NCBI GenBank assembly: GCA_965215185.1
Contig: OZ244034.1
Coordinates: forward strand, 2,336,001 to 2,400,000
DNA length: 64,000 nt
Reading direction: 5' to 3'
From: Acidimicrobiia bacterium
GTDB taxonomy: Bacteria > Actinomycetota > Acidimicrobiia > Spongiisociales > ZC4RG35
Shown here: piece by piece, positions 9,154 through 17,780 of the stretch
Numbering within the stretch: position 1 is the stretch's first letter
How the letters are laid out: the number at the start of each line of letters is the position of its first letter
Notes under the pieces: generated by a model
The model's database searches: none
What the model was told of the DNA's origin: nothing
What the model saw: only the letters and a program-made list of their open reading frames with translations
Position numbers and translations under genes: made by a program

Positions 9154-9292
9154 ACATGGCAAGAGCAAGGCTCCTATCAGGTCACAGCCGCCCTGTCGGG
9201 AGAGCACCGCCCCCAGGCCGGAAGCAGGCCGACAGATCACCACAAAGGCACAACAGCCAGGTCGGAGTCGAGTCAGACCCGCCCCGGCCTAG
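8006..9292 (+). CDS. IS110 recombinase B1 (ORF reads through the right end into flanking DNA)
   Basis: GIDPDRD, VEGSGSYG, KTDALDA, APLQASSG, RHRLSRYGDRQLNRAL. Confidence 0.92.
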   Translation: MLATMVEHVIGIDPDRDRVTAAVVDTSTTGEQATAVFGTTRLGYDRLLKWADQHTQTAERVWSVEGSGSYGAGVTTYLAARGELVVEFNDPTPTRDGAKTDALDARRAARQVLGRPWPSVPRARGDREALRVLETTRQGAQGARVSAINQLKALVVTAPVDLRDQLRGLSTTALVAKCAAFRIRPASVNELTATKQALRSTARRIRNLNNEIAELKTPIAEMVTAAAPQLLDQFGIGPVTAAQVFIAWSHPGRCRNEAAFARLAGVAPLQASSGQQTRHRLSRYGDRQLNRALHTIAITRARDCPKTRAYIAKRISQGKTTREARRCLKRYIARHLYRLLQNPPPTPAEPAPPFHSETPQHPHKLKHPQIPAKSLDLENIEASHGKSKAPIRSQPPCRESTAPRPEAGRQITTKAQQPGRSRVRPAPA

Positions 9293-9300
9293 GGGCACCT
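9154..9300 (-). ncRNA. 5' part of the putative A1 bridge RNA (left target guide TCGACTCCGACC at 9271-9260, right target guide GGTG); continues at 7753-7735
   Basis: Near-identical scaffold to 61855-61990 with different guide segments. Confidence 0.8.
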
Positions 9301-9312
9301 ATAAGTATGAGT

Positions 9313-9845
9313 GGTTGGAGTCGACGTGGACGGGCGTAAACATGTGCTGGGGGTATGGCTGGGCGACGGCGGTGAAGGCGCCAAATACTGGTTGTCGGTA
9401 CTTACCGAGATACGCAACCGAGGCCTCGAAGACGCGCTGATCGTGTGCTGTGACGGCCTGAAAGGGCTCCCGGACGCGATCGAGGCGACATGGCCCCAGG
9501 CGCTGGTGCAGACCTGTGTGATCCACCTGCTGCGAGCCTCTATGCGGCTCTGCAGTTGGAAAGACCGAAAAACCATTGTGGCGGGCTTGCGACGCGTTTA
9601 CACCGCGGTAAACGCCGAAGCCGCTGTTGAGGCGTTGGACGAGCTCGAGGAACAATGGGGAAATCACTATCCCGGCGTTATACGAATATGGCGCCAGGCG
9701 TGGGAAGAGTTCACCCCGTTCCTGCGGTTCCCGCCAGAGCTTCGCAAGGTCGTGTACACAACCAACGTCGTCGAAAGCGTCCACTATCAACTACGGAAAG
9801 TCACCAAAACCAGGGGGCATTTCCCCACCGACCAATCCGCCCTCG
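9313..9845 (+). mobile_element. IS256-family transposase middle/C-terminal fragment (continuation of the 4356 element)
   Basis: VGVDVDGRKHVLGVW...CCDGLKGLPDAI...QTCVIHLLR...YTTNVVES...RGHFPTDQSAL. Confidence 0.9.
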
Positions 9846-9989
9846 CACTTGGATCGCGCCTCGCCCAACAGCATCCAAATGCTGGGGCCGAGCGAGTTGA
9901 TATCGGTGGCCTTGAAAGTGATCCACGGGTGGGACTTCAGATAGGAGCGCACAAGTGCCGCTCTACTATCGGTATATTGTTTTGACCAT
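9846..9989 (-). pseudogene. Short N-terminal remnant resembling a Fic-family protein
   Basis: YLKSHPWITF...IWMLLGEARSKCE, recalled as a Fic-family N-terminus; no Fic motif left. Confidence 0.5.
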
Positions 9990-10069
9990 TCTGATGTCCA
10001 ACTTGTTGTCCAGTAAAGAGACAGTGCAGTCAAGAGGTTTGCGGGAGTTCCCCCGCGTTCTAGTCGGGG

Positions 10070-11614
10070 CTAAGCCTCCGTCTGGAACTTGGCTTTCTCT
10101 GCGTCTCGGAGCCATCTTTTCATTACTTTGCCGGAGTCGTTGCGGACTAGGGCATCTACTACTTCGAAGTGTTTGGGGACTTTGAATTTGCCGAGGTTGG
10201 CGCGGCAGTGGGCGGTTAGTTCTTCTTCGGTGACGGTCATGCCGGGGAGGGCCACCACGAAGGCTTTGGGTACTTCGTCCCAACGCTCATCGGGCACTCC
10301 CACCACTGCTGTCTCGCTAACTGCCGGGTGTCTGGCCAGCACCCGCTCAATTTCGGCGCTTGCCACGTTTTCTCCGCCGCTTTTGATCATGTCCTTCTTG
10401 CGGTCCACAAACCACATATAGCCCTCGGCGTCGATGCGGCAGATGTCGCCTGAGTGGAACCATCCGTCGCGGAAGGCGGCGGCGGTCTCGTCAGGATCGT
10501 TCCAGTAACCCGGCGACACTTTGGGTCCACGGGCGACTAACTCTCCGGGCTCCCCGGGCGGCACCGGTCGGCCTTCGTCGTCCACTATCCGAAGATCTAT
10601 GTTGGCAAAGGGCCTTCCCACAGATCCTATTTTCTCGGGAGGGGGGTTGGCCTCCAGGTAGGCGGCGCCGTTGGTGAGTTCGGTCATCCCATACGCCTCT
10701 GACAACCGCACGTGCGGCAGGGTCTCCTGGAAACGGCGATAGACCGGCGCCGGCAGCCCTCCGAAGATGATCCACTTCAGAGAAGACAGGTCGTACTGAT
10801 GGCGGTCTTCCATCCTCATGATGTCGTGGATGATCTGAGCGGCCAGCACCCCTCCCGCCACCTTCTCCTTCGCCACCAGCTTCACGATCTCCCGGCCCGC
10901 ATAGCTGTGGACGATCACCAGCGTCGCTCCTATGTAAAGAGCAGTGAGTCCTGGGACATCCAGTCCGCTGACGTGAAATAGCGGCGCCGAAAGCATGATC
11001 CGGTCACTAGGAACCAGTTCCATTTCCAGAATCTGACCCACCTGATTCCAGATCACGTTTCCGTGGGTGGTGATCACCCCTTTGGGATGGCTGGTGGTAC
11101 CCGACGTGTAAAGAATCCGGGCCAGATCATCCAGCCCCATCTGGGCGTCAGGCACCTCTGCCCCGGCGGCGGCAGCCATCAATTCCTCGTAAACGTGCCA
11201 GCCGGCTGGGCCTTGGCCGGCATGGACGATGACGTGCCGGATGTCTGGAGAAGAAGCGAGCGTCTCTTGGGCTTTGTCGTGGAACCGTTGATCGACCACC
11301 AGTCCCACCGCTCCGGAATGGTTGAGGATGTAGGTCAACTCCCGAGGGTGAAGGCGCCAGTTGAGGGGGATAAAGGCCGCTCCGATCCGGTTGATGGCCA
11401 GGATCTCGATCAGGTAGTGATAGGAGTTGTCGGCCAGGATGGCGATGATGTCTCCCCTCCCATACCCCAGGTCCAAGAGCGCCTGGGCCATTTCGCTGAC
11501 CGCCGCGTCCAGTTGCCGGTAGGTAAGCCGGACCTCTCCATCAACCACGGCCTCCTTGTCTCCGAAGCGGTGCTTGTTGCGTTCCAGCAGGCGGCTCAGA
11601 TTGGCGGTGGGCAT
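10070..11614 (-). CDS. Acyl-CoA synthetase (AMP-binding)
   Basis: YTSGTTSHPKG, YGMTE, GWFHSGD, KKDMIKSGGENV, SGK. Confidence 0.93.
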   Translation of the reverse strand: MPTANLSRLLERNKHRFGDKEAVVDGEVRLTYRQLDAAVSEMAQALLDLGYGRGDIIAILADNSYHYLIEILAINRIGAAFIPLNWRLHPRELTYILNHSGAVGLVVDQRFHDKAQETLASSPDIRHVIVHAGQGPAGWHVYEELMAAAAGAEVPDAQMGLDDLARILYTSGTTSHPKGVITTHGNVIWNQVGQILEMELVPSDRIMLSAPLFHVSGLDVPGLTALYIGATLVIVHSYAGREIVKLVAKEKVAGGVLAAQIIHDIMRMEDRHQYDLSSLKWIIFGGLPAPVYRRFQETLPHVRLSEAYGMTELTNGAAYLEANPPPEKIGSVGRPFANIDLRIVDDEGRPVPPGEPGELVARGPKVSPGYWNDPDETAAAFRDGWFHSGDICRIDAEGYMWFVDRKKDMIKSGGENVASAEIERVLARHPAVSETAVVGVPDERWDEVPKAFVVALPGMTVTEEELTAHCRANLGKFKVPKHFEVVDALVRNDSGKVMKRWLRDAEKAKFQTEA

Positions 11615-11638
11615 GGCTGGTTTGTCCTCTGGTTGGGC

Positions 11639-12145
11639 CTAAGTGTCTTTGGCGTGCTTACTACGGTAGGCCAGAATCTCGGCCCGGGTGGGAAGAGCTA
11701 CGAATTCCAACAGATAACCGTCGGGATCCTTGGCAATAAAGGATCGGATCACCCCGTAGTTCTCGAGTTCCACAGCCAGGGGCTCGCAAAGAAACTCAGC
11801 ACCGGCCTCTTGCGCCCGACGGTACTGATCGTCAATCGTGTCGCCCTCTTTGATTTCAAACGACATGAGAAACCCGCCCAGGTCCTTCATCCCTCCCGGC
11901 CTGGTTCCCGGCGTGAGTCCATCATCCCATTCGATTAGTTCGATCTGGCCCAATTTCGACGGACCTTGCAGGAACACCGAGCGCCCGGTGGTGCCGGGGG
12001 GAAGCGCCAGGAACTTCTCCACGTCTTCTCCCTCCTGTTTCATCCTCAAAGTCGGCCGGTAGCCCAAGACCTGTTGATAGAACGCCACCGAGCGGTCCAA
12101 ATCGGTCACCGGCAAGGCGACATGGTGAATCTCGCTGACGCTCAT
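11639..12145 (-). CDS. VOC/glyoxalase family protein
   Basis: IHHVALPVTDLDRSVAFY, IELIE, KDPDGYLLEFV. Confidence 0.9.
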   Translation of the reverse strand: MSVSEIHHVALPVTDLDRSVAFYQQVLGYRPTLRMKQEGEDVEKFLALPPGTTGRSVFLQGPSKLGQIELIEWDDGLTPGTRPGGMKDLGGFLMSFEIKEGDTIDDQYRRAQEAGAEFLCEPLAVELENYGVIRSFIAKDPDGYLLEFVALPTRAEILAYRSKHAKDT

Positions 12146-13206
12146 ACCAGAGTCAACTGATCAGACATCTGCAATTGGGGTATTACCTCCGAGGCGAAGG
12201 TTTCCATGGCCGTCAGGGCGGCAGATCGATCCAGAGACGGTATCCGAAACCAACCTATGTAATGAGTGACGCCCAACTCTTCGCCCAATAGGCTCAAGGT
12301 GTTGACCACTTGGTCGACCGAGCCGAAGTTTCCTCCGTGGGTGAGAGTCTGCTCCAAGGTGAGAAGCTCGATGTTCTCCCGGACCTTGGCGTAGTAGGCC
12401 GCTTCCGAGGCAAGCGCATCGTCGGATCCGGGGATCACTTTTCCGACTGATTGGTAGTAGCGAAGCGCGGCTTCGGCGGCCTCCCGCAGGCCAGCGGGAT
12501 CGGCGCCCGCCCACACCTGCTGCATGAACGGCAATTCGTAGTCGGCAGGGTTGAAGCCCGCCTCCACCAGAGAATCCCGATACACCTGGAAGTTGTCTTT
12601 CATCTTGCCCAGCGGAGTGAAGTTGGGAGAGGTGATGATGTTGGATCCGTCCAAACCCCTCTTTCTGAAAGAACTGGGGGATACTGCTCCGTGTACCAGT
12701 GGTGGGCCGCCCGCCTGATAGGGCCGGGGATAGGTGGTGAGGTTCTCGTATTGGAAATGTCGCCCCTGATAAGACCAGCCCTCCTCATTCCAGGCCAGAC
12801 TCACAATGTCCATCGCCTCGGCGTAGAGTTCCCGAGACTGGGCCGGATCGACTCCGAATCCTTTGAATTCCTTGGGCTGGTATCCCCGTCCCACTCCCAT
12901 CTGAAACCGTCCCTTGCTGATCACATCCAGCGCCGCTCCCTCTTCGGCCAAACGGATCGGGTCATGGAAGGGAACCACCATCACTGCAGTTCCGACCATG
13001 ATCTTTCGGGTACTGGCGGCGATCGCCGCTCCAAATTGCAGTGGGTTGCCCAATATGCCATAGCGGGAAAAGTGGTGCTCGGCTAGCCACACCGAATCAA
13101 AACCCAGTTGATCGGCGATCTGGATCTCCTCCAAGGTGTCATGGAGCACCTGGTGGTCTTCTTGTTCACCGGCCGATGGGAACAGATTCATGATTCCGAA
13201 TTTCAT
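12142..13206 (-). CDS. LLM-class flavin-dependent oxidoreductase
   Basis: MKFGI, GFDSVWLAEHHF, DPIRLAEE, GRFQMGVGRGY. Confidence 0.93.
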   Translation of the reverse strand: MKFGIMNLFPSAGEQEDHQVLHDTLEEIQIADQLGFDSVWLAEHHFSRYGILGNPLQFGAAIAASTRKIMVGTAVMVVPFHDPIRLAEEGAALDVISKGRFQMGVGRGYQPKEFKGFGVDPAQSRELYAEAMDIVSLAWNEEGWSYQGRHFQYENLTTYPRPYQAGGPPLVHGAVSPSSFRKRGLDGSNIITSPNFTPLGKMKDNFQVYRDSLVEAGFNPADYELPFMQQVWAGADPAGLREAAEAALRYYQSVGKVIPGSDDALASEAAYYAKVRENIELLTLEQTLTHGGNFGSVDQVVNTLSLLGEELGVTHYIGWFRIPSLDRSAALTAMETFASEVIPQLQMSDQLTLV

Positions 13207-13284
13207 ATCCCGAACTCCGCTTCTCTTATCATTCCGACCGGTCAGTATGTTAGCGGATTCTTTCTGAATGTGCCGAGCGAGAAG

Positions 13285-14277
13285 CTAACGGTTGCGAAAA
13301 TGAGGAATGACCTCCTCGGCGAATCGCCTCACCGAATCAGTGGAAACAGAGGCCGGCATCCCGGTCCAGAACGGACGAAAGATCACATGGTTGATGCCCA
13401 GCGCCCGAAGCGATTCGATCCTGGCGATGAGGGTGGCGGGAGAGCCCACGTGAAAGGTGGTGCGGACCAGTTCCTCGATGCGGGACTTCTGCCAGGAAAT
13501 GGCCTCATACTCGGAGTAGATCATGTACTCCCTCTCCATGTACGGCAGAGCCGATTCGACCGCGGTCTTGTCATCGGGACCGCAGAAAAGTTCAACGATC
13601 AGAGGATATTCCCTTCCCTCCCGGGTCTTACCGGCCTCGGCCAACGCCTGGTCGTGCAATGCCAAAGCCTTCACCAGGTATCGGGGACTTGGCGAGTTAC
13701 CCGGAGCGAACCAGGCGTCTCCCATGCGAGCGGCTCGTTTCACCGCCGGTTTGCCTCCCGCTCCGATCCAGATGGGAGGGCCCCCCGGCTGGTGGGGAGG
13801 AACGCTGATGGTGTGGCCGGACACCTGGTAGTGCCGTCCTCGATAATCGACCTCCTCGCCACTCCACATTTGCCTGATGATCTCGATCGATTCGGTGAGC
13901 CGACCGGCCCGCTCCGCCCGGGGGATTCCGAAAGCGTCGAACTCGTTGTCCCGATATCCGGCGCCCAGACCCAGCACCACCCTTCCGCCAGAAATCTGAT
14001 CCAAGGTTGCGAACTCCTCGGCCACATGAACCGGATGAAGAAACGGCGCCAGCAAAATAGCGGTGCCGATGGTCATGGTGTCGGTAATCCCGGCCAGTCG
14101 GGCGGTCATCGAAATGGGCTGGAAGGTGGCGAGGTTGGCCAGATAATGGTGGATGGTCCACATCGAGTCGTATCCGAGTTGTTGGGCGGTCTCAGCCAGA
14201 TCCCACAACTCGGCGAGCCGCTGTTGAAGGTCGTCGGAATGCAGGTATTGATGGGAGGCCAGCAGCCCGAATTTCAT
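13285..14277 (-). CDS. LLM-class flavin-dependent oxidoreductase
   Basis: GYDSMWTIHH, HPVHVAEEFATLDQISGGRVVLGLGAGY, PPIWIGA. Confidence 0.93.
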   Translation of the reverse strand: MKFGLLASHQYLHSDDLQQRLAELWDLAETAQQLGYDSMWTIHHYLANLATFQPISMTARLAGITDTMTIGTAILLAPFLHPVHVAEEFATLDQISGGRVVLGLGAGYRDNEFDAFGIPRAERAGRLTESIEIIRQMWSGEEVDYRGRHYQVSGHTISVPPHQPGGPPIWIGAGGKPAVKRAARMGDAWFAPGNSPSPRYLVKALALHDQALAEAGKTREGREYPLIVELFCGPDDKTAVESALPYMEREYMIYSEYEAISWQKSRIEELVRTTFHVGSPATLIARIESLRALGINHVIFRPFWTGMPASVSTDSVRRFAEEVIPHFRNR

Positions 14278-15263
14278 GTCGAGGATCCACCGGAATCAGT
14301 GTGCTTCATCCTTCCTCCTAACCGGAAGAAGGGCGCCACCGCCTCGTCGCGCTCTCTTAGGGTCCGGGCCAGGCCCTTGTCTCTTCTTTCCCGGAGGAAA
14401 TTGAACTCTCCCTCCTCCAGCACCAGGTTGGTGGCCCAACCGTGGCCCACCCATCCGGTCATCTCACCCACTCCCTTGCCGCGGGCCTCCATCACCATCT
14501 GCATCATGGCCTTGCCCATCATGATTCCATCCAGAGGCATCATGGTGATGGCGGTTGCGTAGTCATCCACCCAGCGATCCAACTCTTCGCGGGGGACCAC
14601 CTTGTTTACGAACCCGATTTGCTCGGCCTCCGACGCCCCCAGAGGCCGCATGGTCAGCATGATCTCCTTCATCTTCTTGAGTCCCAGGTTTTCGATCCAG
14701 GCGTACATGTCCTGGGGAGCGGCGCCCAGGTAACGAAAAGCGGGATGCGTGAACAGGGCGTCGGGAGAAGCGATCACCAAATCGGTGGCCAGAGCGATCT
14801 GCATGTGCCCCCCATAGCAATAGCCGTGCACCTGGGAGATGGTGGCCTTCAGGCAGTTGGTGATGGGAGTGGTGAACGCCCCGAAGATCAGGTTGCGGTC
14901 GGGAAGCATTCGCTGGCGCTGAGCGGGGCGTCGCCGAGTGGCTCGGTCTTTGCCTTTGCCGTACCCGATGTAGTGGCCCAACTCGGAGGCGTCGGCACCG
15001 GTGCCGAAGCAGGGCCCGACGCCGCGGAAGACGATCACCTTGACGCTGTCATCCACCTCCGCCTCCTTCACCAGATCCCCGATCCGCTCCAGGGCGGCGA
15101 TGGGAAGGGCGTTGAGGCGTTCGGGAACATTGAAAGTCACATAGGCGATGGGCTTTTCGGGGTGCTTTTCGTAGAGGACGCTCTCTTCCAGCACGGCCGG
15201 GTCGGTCTGCATCGCCTCGGCGTCCCACTGTTCTCCCAGCAGATCGTATTCACTCTTTTTCAT
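14274..15263 (-). CDS. Enoyl-CoA hydratase/isomerase (crotonase) family protein
   Basis: TFNVPERLNAL, CFGTGAD, QVHGYCYGG, GFVNKVVP. Confidence 0.9.
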   Translation of the reverse strand: MKKSEYDLLGEQWDAEAMQTDPAVLEESVLYEKHPEKPIAYVTFNVPERLNALPIAALERIGDLVKEAEVDDSVKVIVFRGVGPCFGTGADASELGHYIGYGKGKDRATRRRPAQRQRMLPDRNLIFGAFTTPITNCLKATISQVHGYCYGGHMQIALATDLVIASPDALFTHPAFRYLGAAPQDMYAWIENLGLKKMKEIMLTMRPLGASEAEQIGFVNKVVPREELDRWVDDYATAITMMPLDGIMMGKAMMQMVMEARGKGVGEMTGWVGHGWATNLVLEEGEFNFLRERRDKGLARTLRERDEAVAPFFRLGGRMKHTDSGGSST

Positions 15264-16783
15264 GGGGCGGTCTTCTCCAAGTTTGGCTTATCCAACAGAG
15301 CCCGGTTGATCTTGCCGGTCTCGGTGCGGGGTAGGGCGGAGACGAACTCCACCTGTCTGATGGCTTTGAAGTGCGCCAGTCGATCTCTGACGTACTCCTT
15401 CAACTCGGCGCCCATACCCGCAGAAACGATATCGGGCGCCACCACATACGCCTTGGGAACCTCGCCCATCCGTTCATCAGGAACCCCTATTACCGCTACG
15501 TCCGCCACCACCGGGTGGGAACGCAACACCTCTTCCAGTTCGGCAGGCCACACCTGAAACCCCCCGGTCTTGATCATGTCCCGCTTTCGCCCCACCAGGA
15601 ACAACACTCCGTCATCGTCCAGATAACCCACATCACCGGAGTGGACCCATCCGTTGCGGACCAACTCCCCGCTGGCCTCCCGGTCGCCCAGATATCCCTT
15701 GGCCAGGTCACTGCGGACACAGATCTCGCCCACCTCCCGCAACCCGAGCGCCCTGCCCTCTTCATCGCGGATCTCCAAGCTAACCCCCTCATAGACCCGA
15801 CCGGCCGATCCGGGCTTCCAACGGCCCGCCACCAGATCGGCCCGGGTCCATCCCGCCACATGCCCTGTTTCAGTCGAGCCGTAGTTGGTAGCGATGGGGA
15901 TCCCGAAACGCTCTTCGAATCGTCGCCGAAGCTGGGAATCAAGCGCTTGGCCCGCCACCAGCACCGCCCGTACCGTGCTCAAATCCACCGGCTCGTCCAA
16001 CGCGCACAGGTCATAGAGCATGGTCGGCATCAGGAACAGATTGTCGATCCGGTACCGCTCGACCAACTCCACCACCCGGGCCGCGTTGAACTTTTCCATC
16101 AGCAATAGGGGTCTTCCCACATAGAAGGCGAACAGCATGGTCTGCTGACCCCCACTGTGGAACAGGGGCAAAGCCAACAGGTTGGGCGGGACGCCAGGAG
16201 GGGCCATTTGGTAGGGCCCGGGACGCCCTTTGGAGACCGCCGCCAACTTCCTCACCGCCCCGGTCGTTCCCCCGTGGGTGGTGACCACCGGTTTGGGCAA
16301 CCCGGTGGTCCCGCCGGTGAAAACCACCACCGCCTCATCGCTGTCTTGCATCTCCAACGGAGGATCGGAAAGCGCTGAGCTCGAGGTGCTTTCCTCCCAT
16401 TCTTCCATGCTGCCAGCCGCCAGGGTGAGAGTCTCCCATCCGCTCACCAGCGGCGTCTGGGGGGTGATCACTACCAGTCTCGGGCGGGTTTGCTTGAGCG
16501 TCTTGGTCAATTCGTCACGGTTGTAGAGCGATGAGATGGTGACAGGGACCGCCCCCAGCCTCCAGACGCCATACAGCAGGGCCACCACTTCCGGGCGGTT
16601 GGGAACCACAATGGCCACCCGATCGCCTCGGACCACTCCACTGTCCTGCAACAGCCGGGCCACTGCGGCTGAAGTCCGCTCCAGGGCTCCCCAACTCCAG
16701 TTGCGCCCGTCCTCGAAAACCAGGGCAGAGCGATCCGAAGCTTCCTGCGCTCGATCGGAGAGCACCGCGGCGATATTTACCAC
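15260..16783 (-). CDS. Acyl-CoA synthetase (AMP-binding)
   Basis: FTGGTTGLPK, YGSTE, GWVHSGD, RDMIKTGG, TGK. Confidence 0.92.
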   Translation of the reverse strand: MVNIAAVLSDRAQEASDRSALVFEDGRNWSWGALERTSAAVARLLQDSGVVRGDRVAIVVPNRPEVVALLYGVWRLGAVPVTISSLYNRDELTKTLKQTRPRLVVITPQTPLVSGWETLTLAAGSMEEWEESTSSSALSDPPLEMQDSDEAVVVFTGGTTGLPKPVVTTHGGTTGAVRKLAAVSKGRPGPYQMAPPGVPPNLLALPLFHSGGQQTMLFAFYVGRPLLLMEKFNAARVVELVERYRIDNLFLMPTMLYDLCALDEPVDLSTVRAVLVAGQALDSQLRRRFEERFGIPIATNYGSTETGHVAGWTRADLVAGRWKPGSAGRVYEGVSLEIRDEEGRALGLREVGEICVRSDLAKGYLGDREASGELVRNGWVHSGDVGYLDDDGVLFLVGRKRDMIKTGGFQVWPAELEEVLRSHPVVADVAVIGVPDERMGEVPKAYVVAPDIVSAGMGAELKEYVRDRLAHFKAIRQVEFVSALPRTETGKINRALLDKPNLEKTAP

Positions 16784-16786
16784 CGT

Positions 16787-17776
16787 TTACCTACCGCCGG
16801 AATGAAGGGGCGCCCCCTCGGGCTGAATACAACGAGACCCGTGGTCGTGATGAGTCTGTGTCCACCTCACATCGACGTCCGAGCAGGCTTGCACAGCGTG
16901 GGCACATCGGGAAGCGAACCGACAGCCCACGAACGCGGCCGTCACCCGCGGCGGGGTCCCGTCGATTCCCACCAGCGGCGCCTTTTTTGCCCACACCGGC
17001 ACCGACCTCAGAAGACCCAGCGTGTAGGGGTGGTGGGGTGAGTTGACCACAACCGACGTCGGGCCCAGCTCGACGATCTCTCCTCCGTACATCACCGCCA
17101 TCCGGGTGCATACTTCGGCGGCCAAAAGCAGGTCGTGGGTGACATAAATCAGAGAATGCCCCATGTCGGTAGCCAATTCCCTCACCAATTCCATCACCTC
17201 GGCCTGGGTGGTGACGTCGAGCGCCGAAGTGGACTCGTCAGCGATCACGATCTCGGGCTTGGAAACGATGGCGATGGCGATGGCGGCCCGTTGCCGCATC
17301 CCGCCCGACAGTTGGTGGGGATAGGATCGAAGCACCCGTTTGGGATCGTGGAATCCCATTCGTGAGATCACCTCTTCGATTCTCTCTGCCCTTTCGGCCG
17401 AGCTTTGGTCGGGTCGGTTGGCTCGCAGCACCTGCCTTATCTGGGTGTTGATTCGCAGCAACGGGTTGAGGGAACTGGAGGCGTTCTGGAAGACCATCCC
17501 CACATGACGGCCGCGAAGACGCTTCAGATTGTTTTGGCCATCTCCCAGCACTTGCTGGCCCTGGAAATAGATGGATCCCTCGGTGATCCGGACGTTTCGT
17601 TCGGTGAGGCCCAACAAGCTTCGCACGGCGGTGGTCTTTCCGCTTCCCGACTCTCCGATCAGCCCGATCACGTCTCCGGGATAGATATCAAGATCTAACT
17701 TGTCGACCGCCACGATGGTTCCCACGGAACTGGTGGCCTCCACCCTCAACGACCGAACGCTCAGCAGGGGTTCCAT
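16787..17776 (-). CDS. Oligopeptide-type ABC transporter ATP-binding protein (OppD-like)
   Basis: Start MEPLLSV at 17776; [32 protein letters not shown]. Confidence 0.92.
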   Translation of the reverse strand: MEPLLSVRSLRVEATSSVGTIVAVDKLDLDIYPGDVIGLIGESGSGKTTAVRSLLGLTERNVRITEGSIYFQGQQVLGDGQNNLKRLRGRHVGMVFQNASSSLNPLLRINTQIRQVLRANRPDQSSAERAERIEEVISRMGFHDPKRVLRSYPHQLSGGMRQRAAIAIAIVSKPEIVIADESTSALDVTTQAEVMELVRELATDMGHSLIYVTHDLLLAAEVCTRMAVMYGGEIVELGPTSVVVNSPHHPYTLGLLRSVPVWAKKAPLVGIDGTPPRVTAAFVGCRFASRCAHAVQACSDVDVRWTQTHHDHGSRCIQPEGAPLHSGGR

Positions 17777-17780
17777 GGCG

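Larger units (their letters stand above)
6476..9312 (-). mobile_element. IS110-family element A1: left end at 9312, bridge RNA split by B1, right end removed at the B2 insertion
   Basis: Colinear with A2 (60495-62004) once 7754-9153 is removed. Confidence 0.88.
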
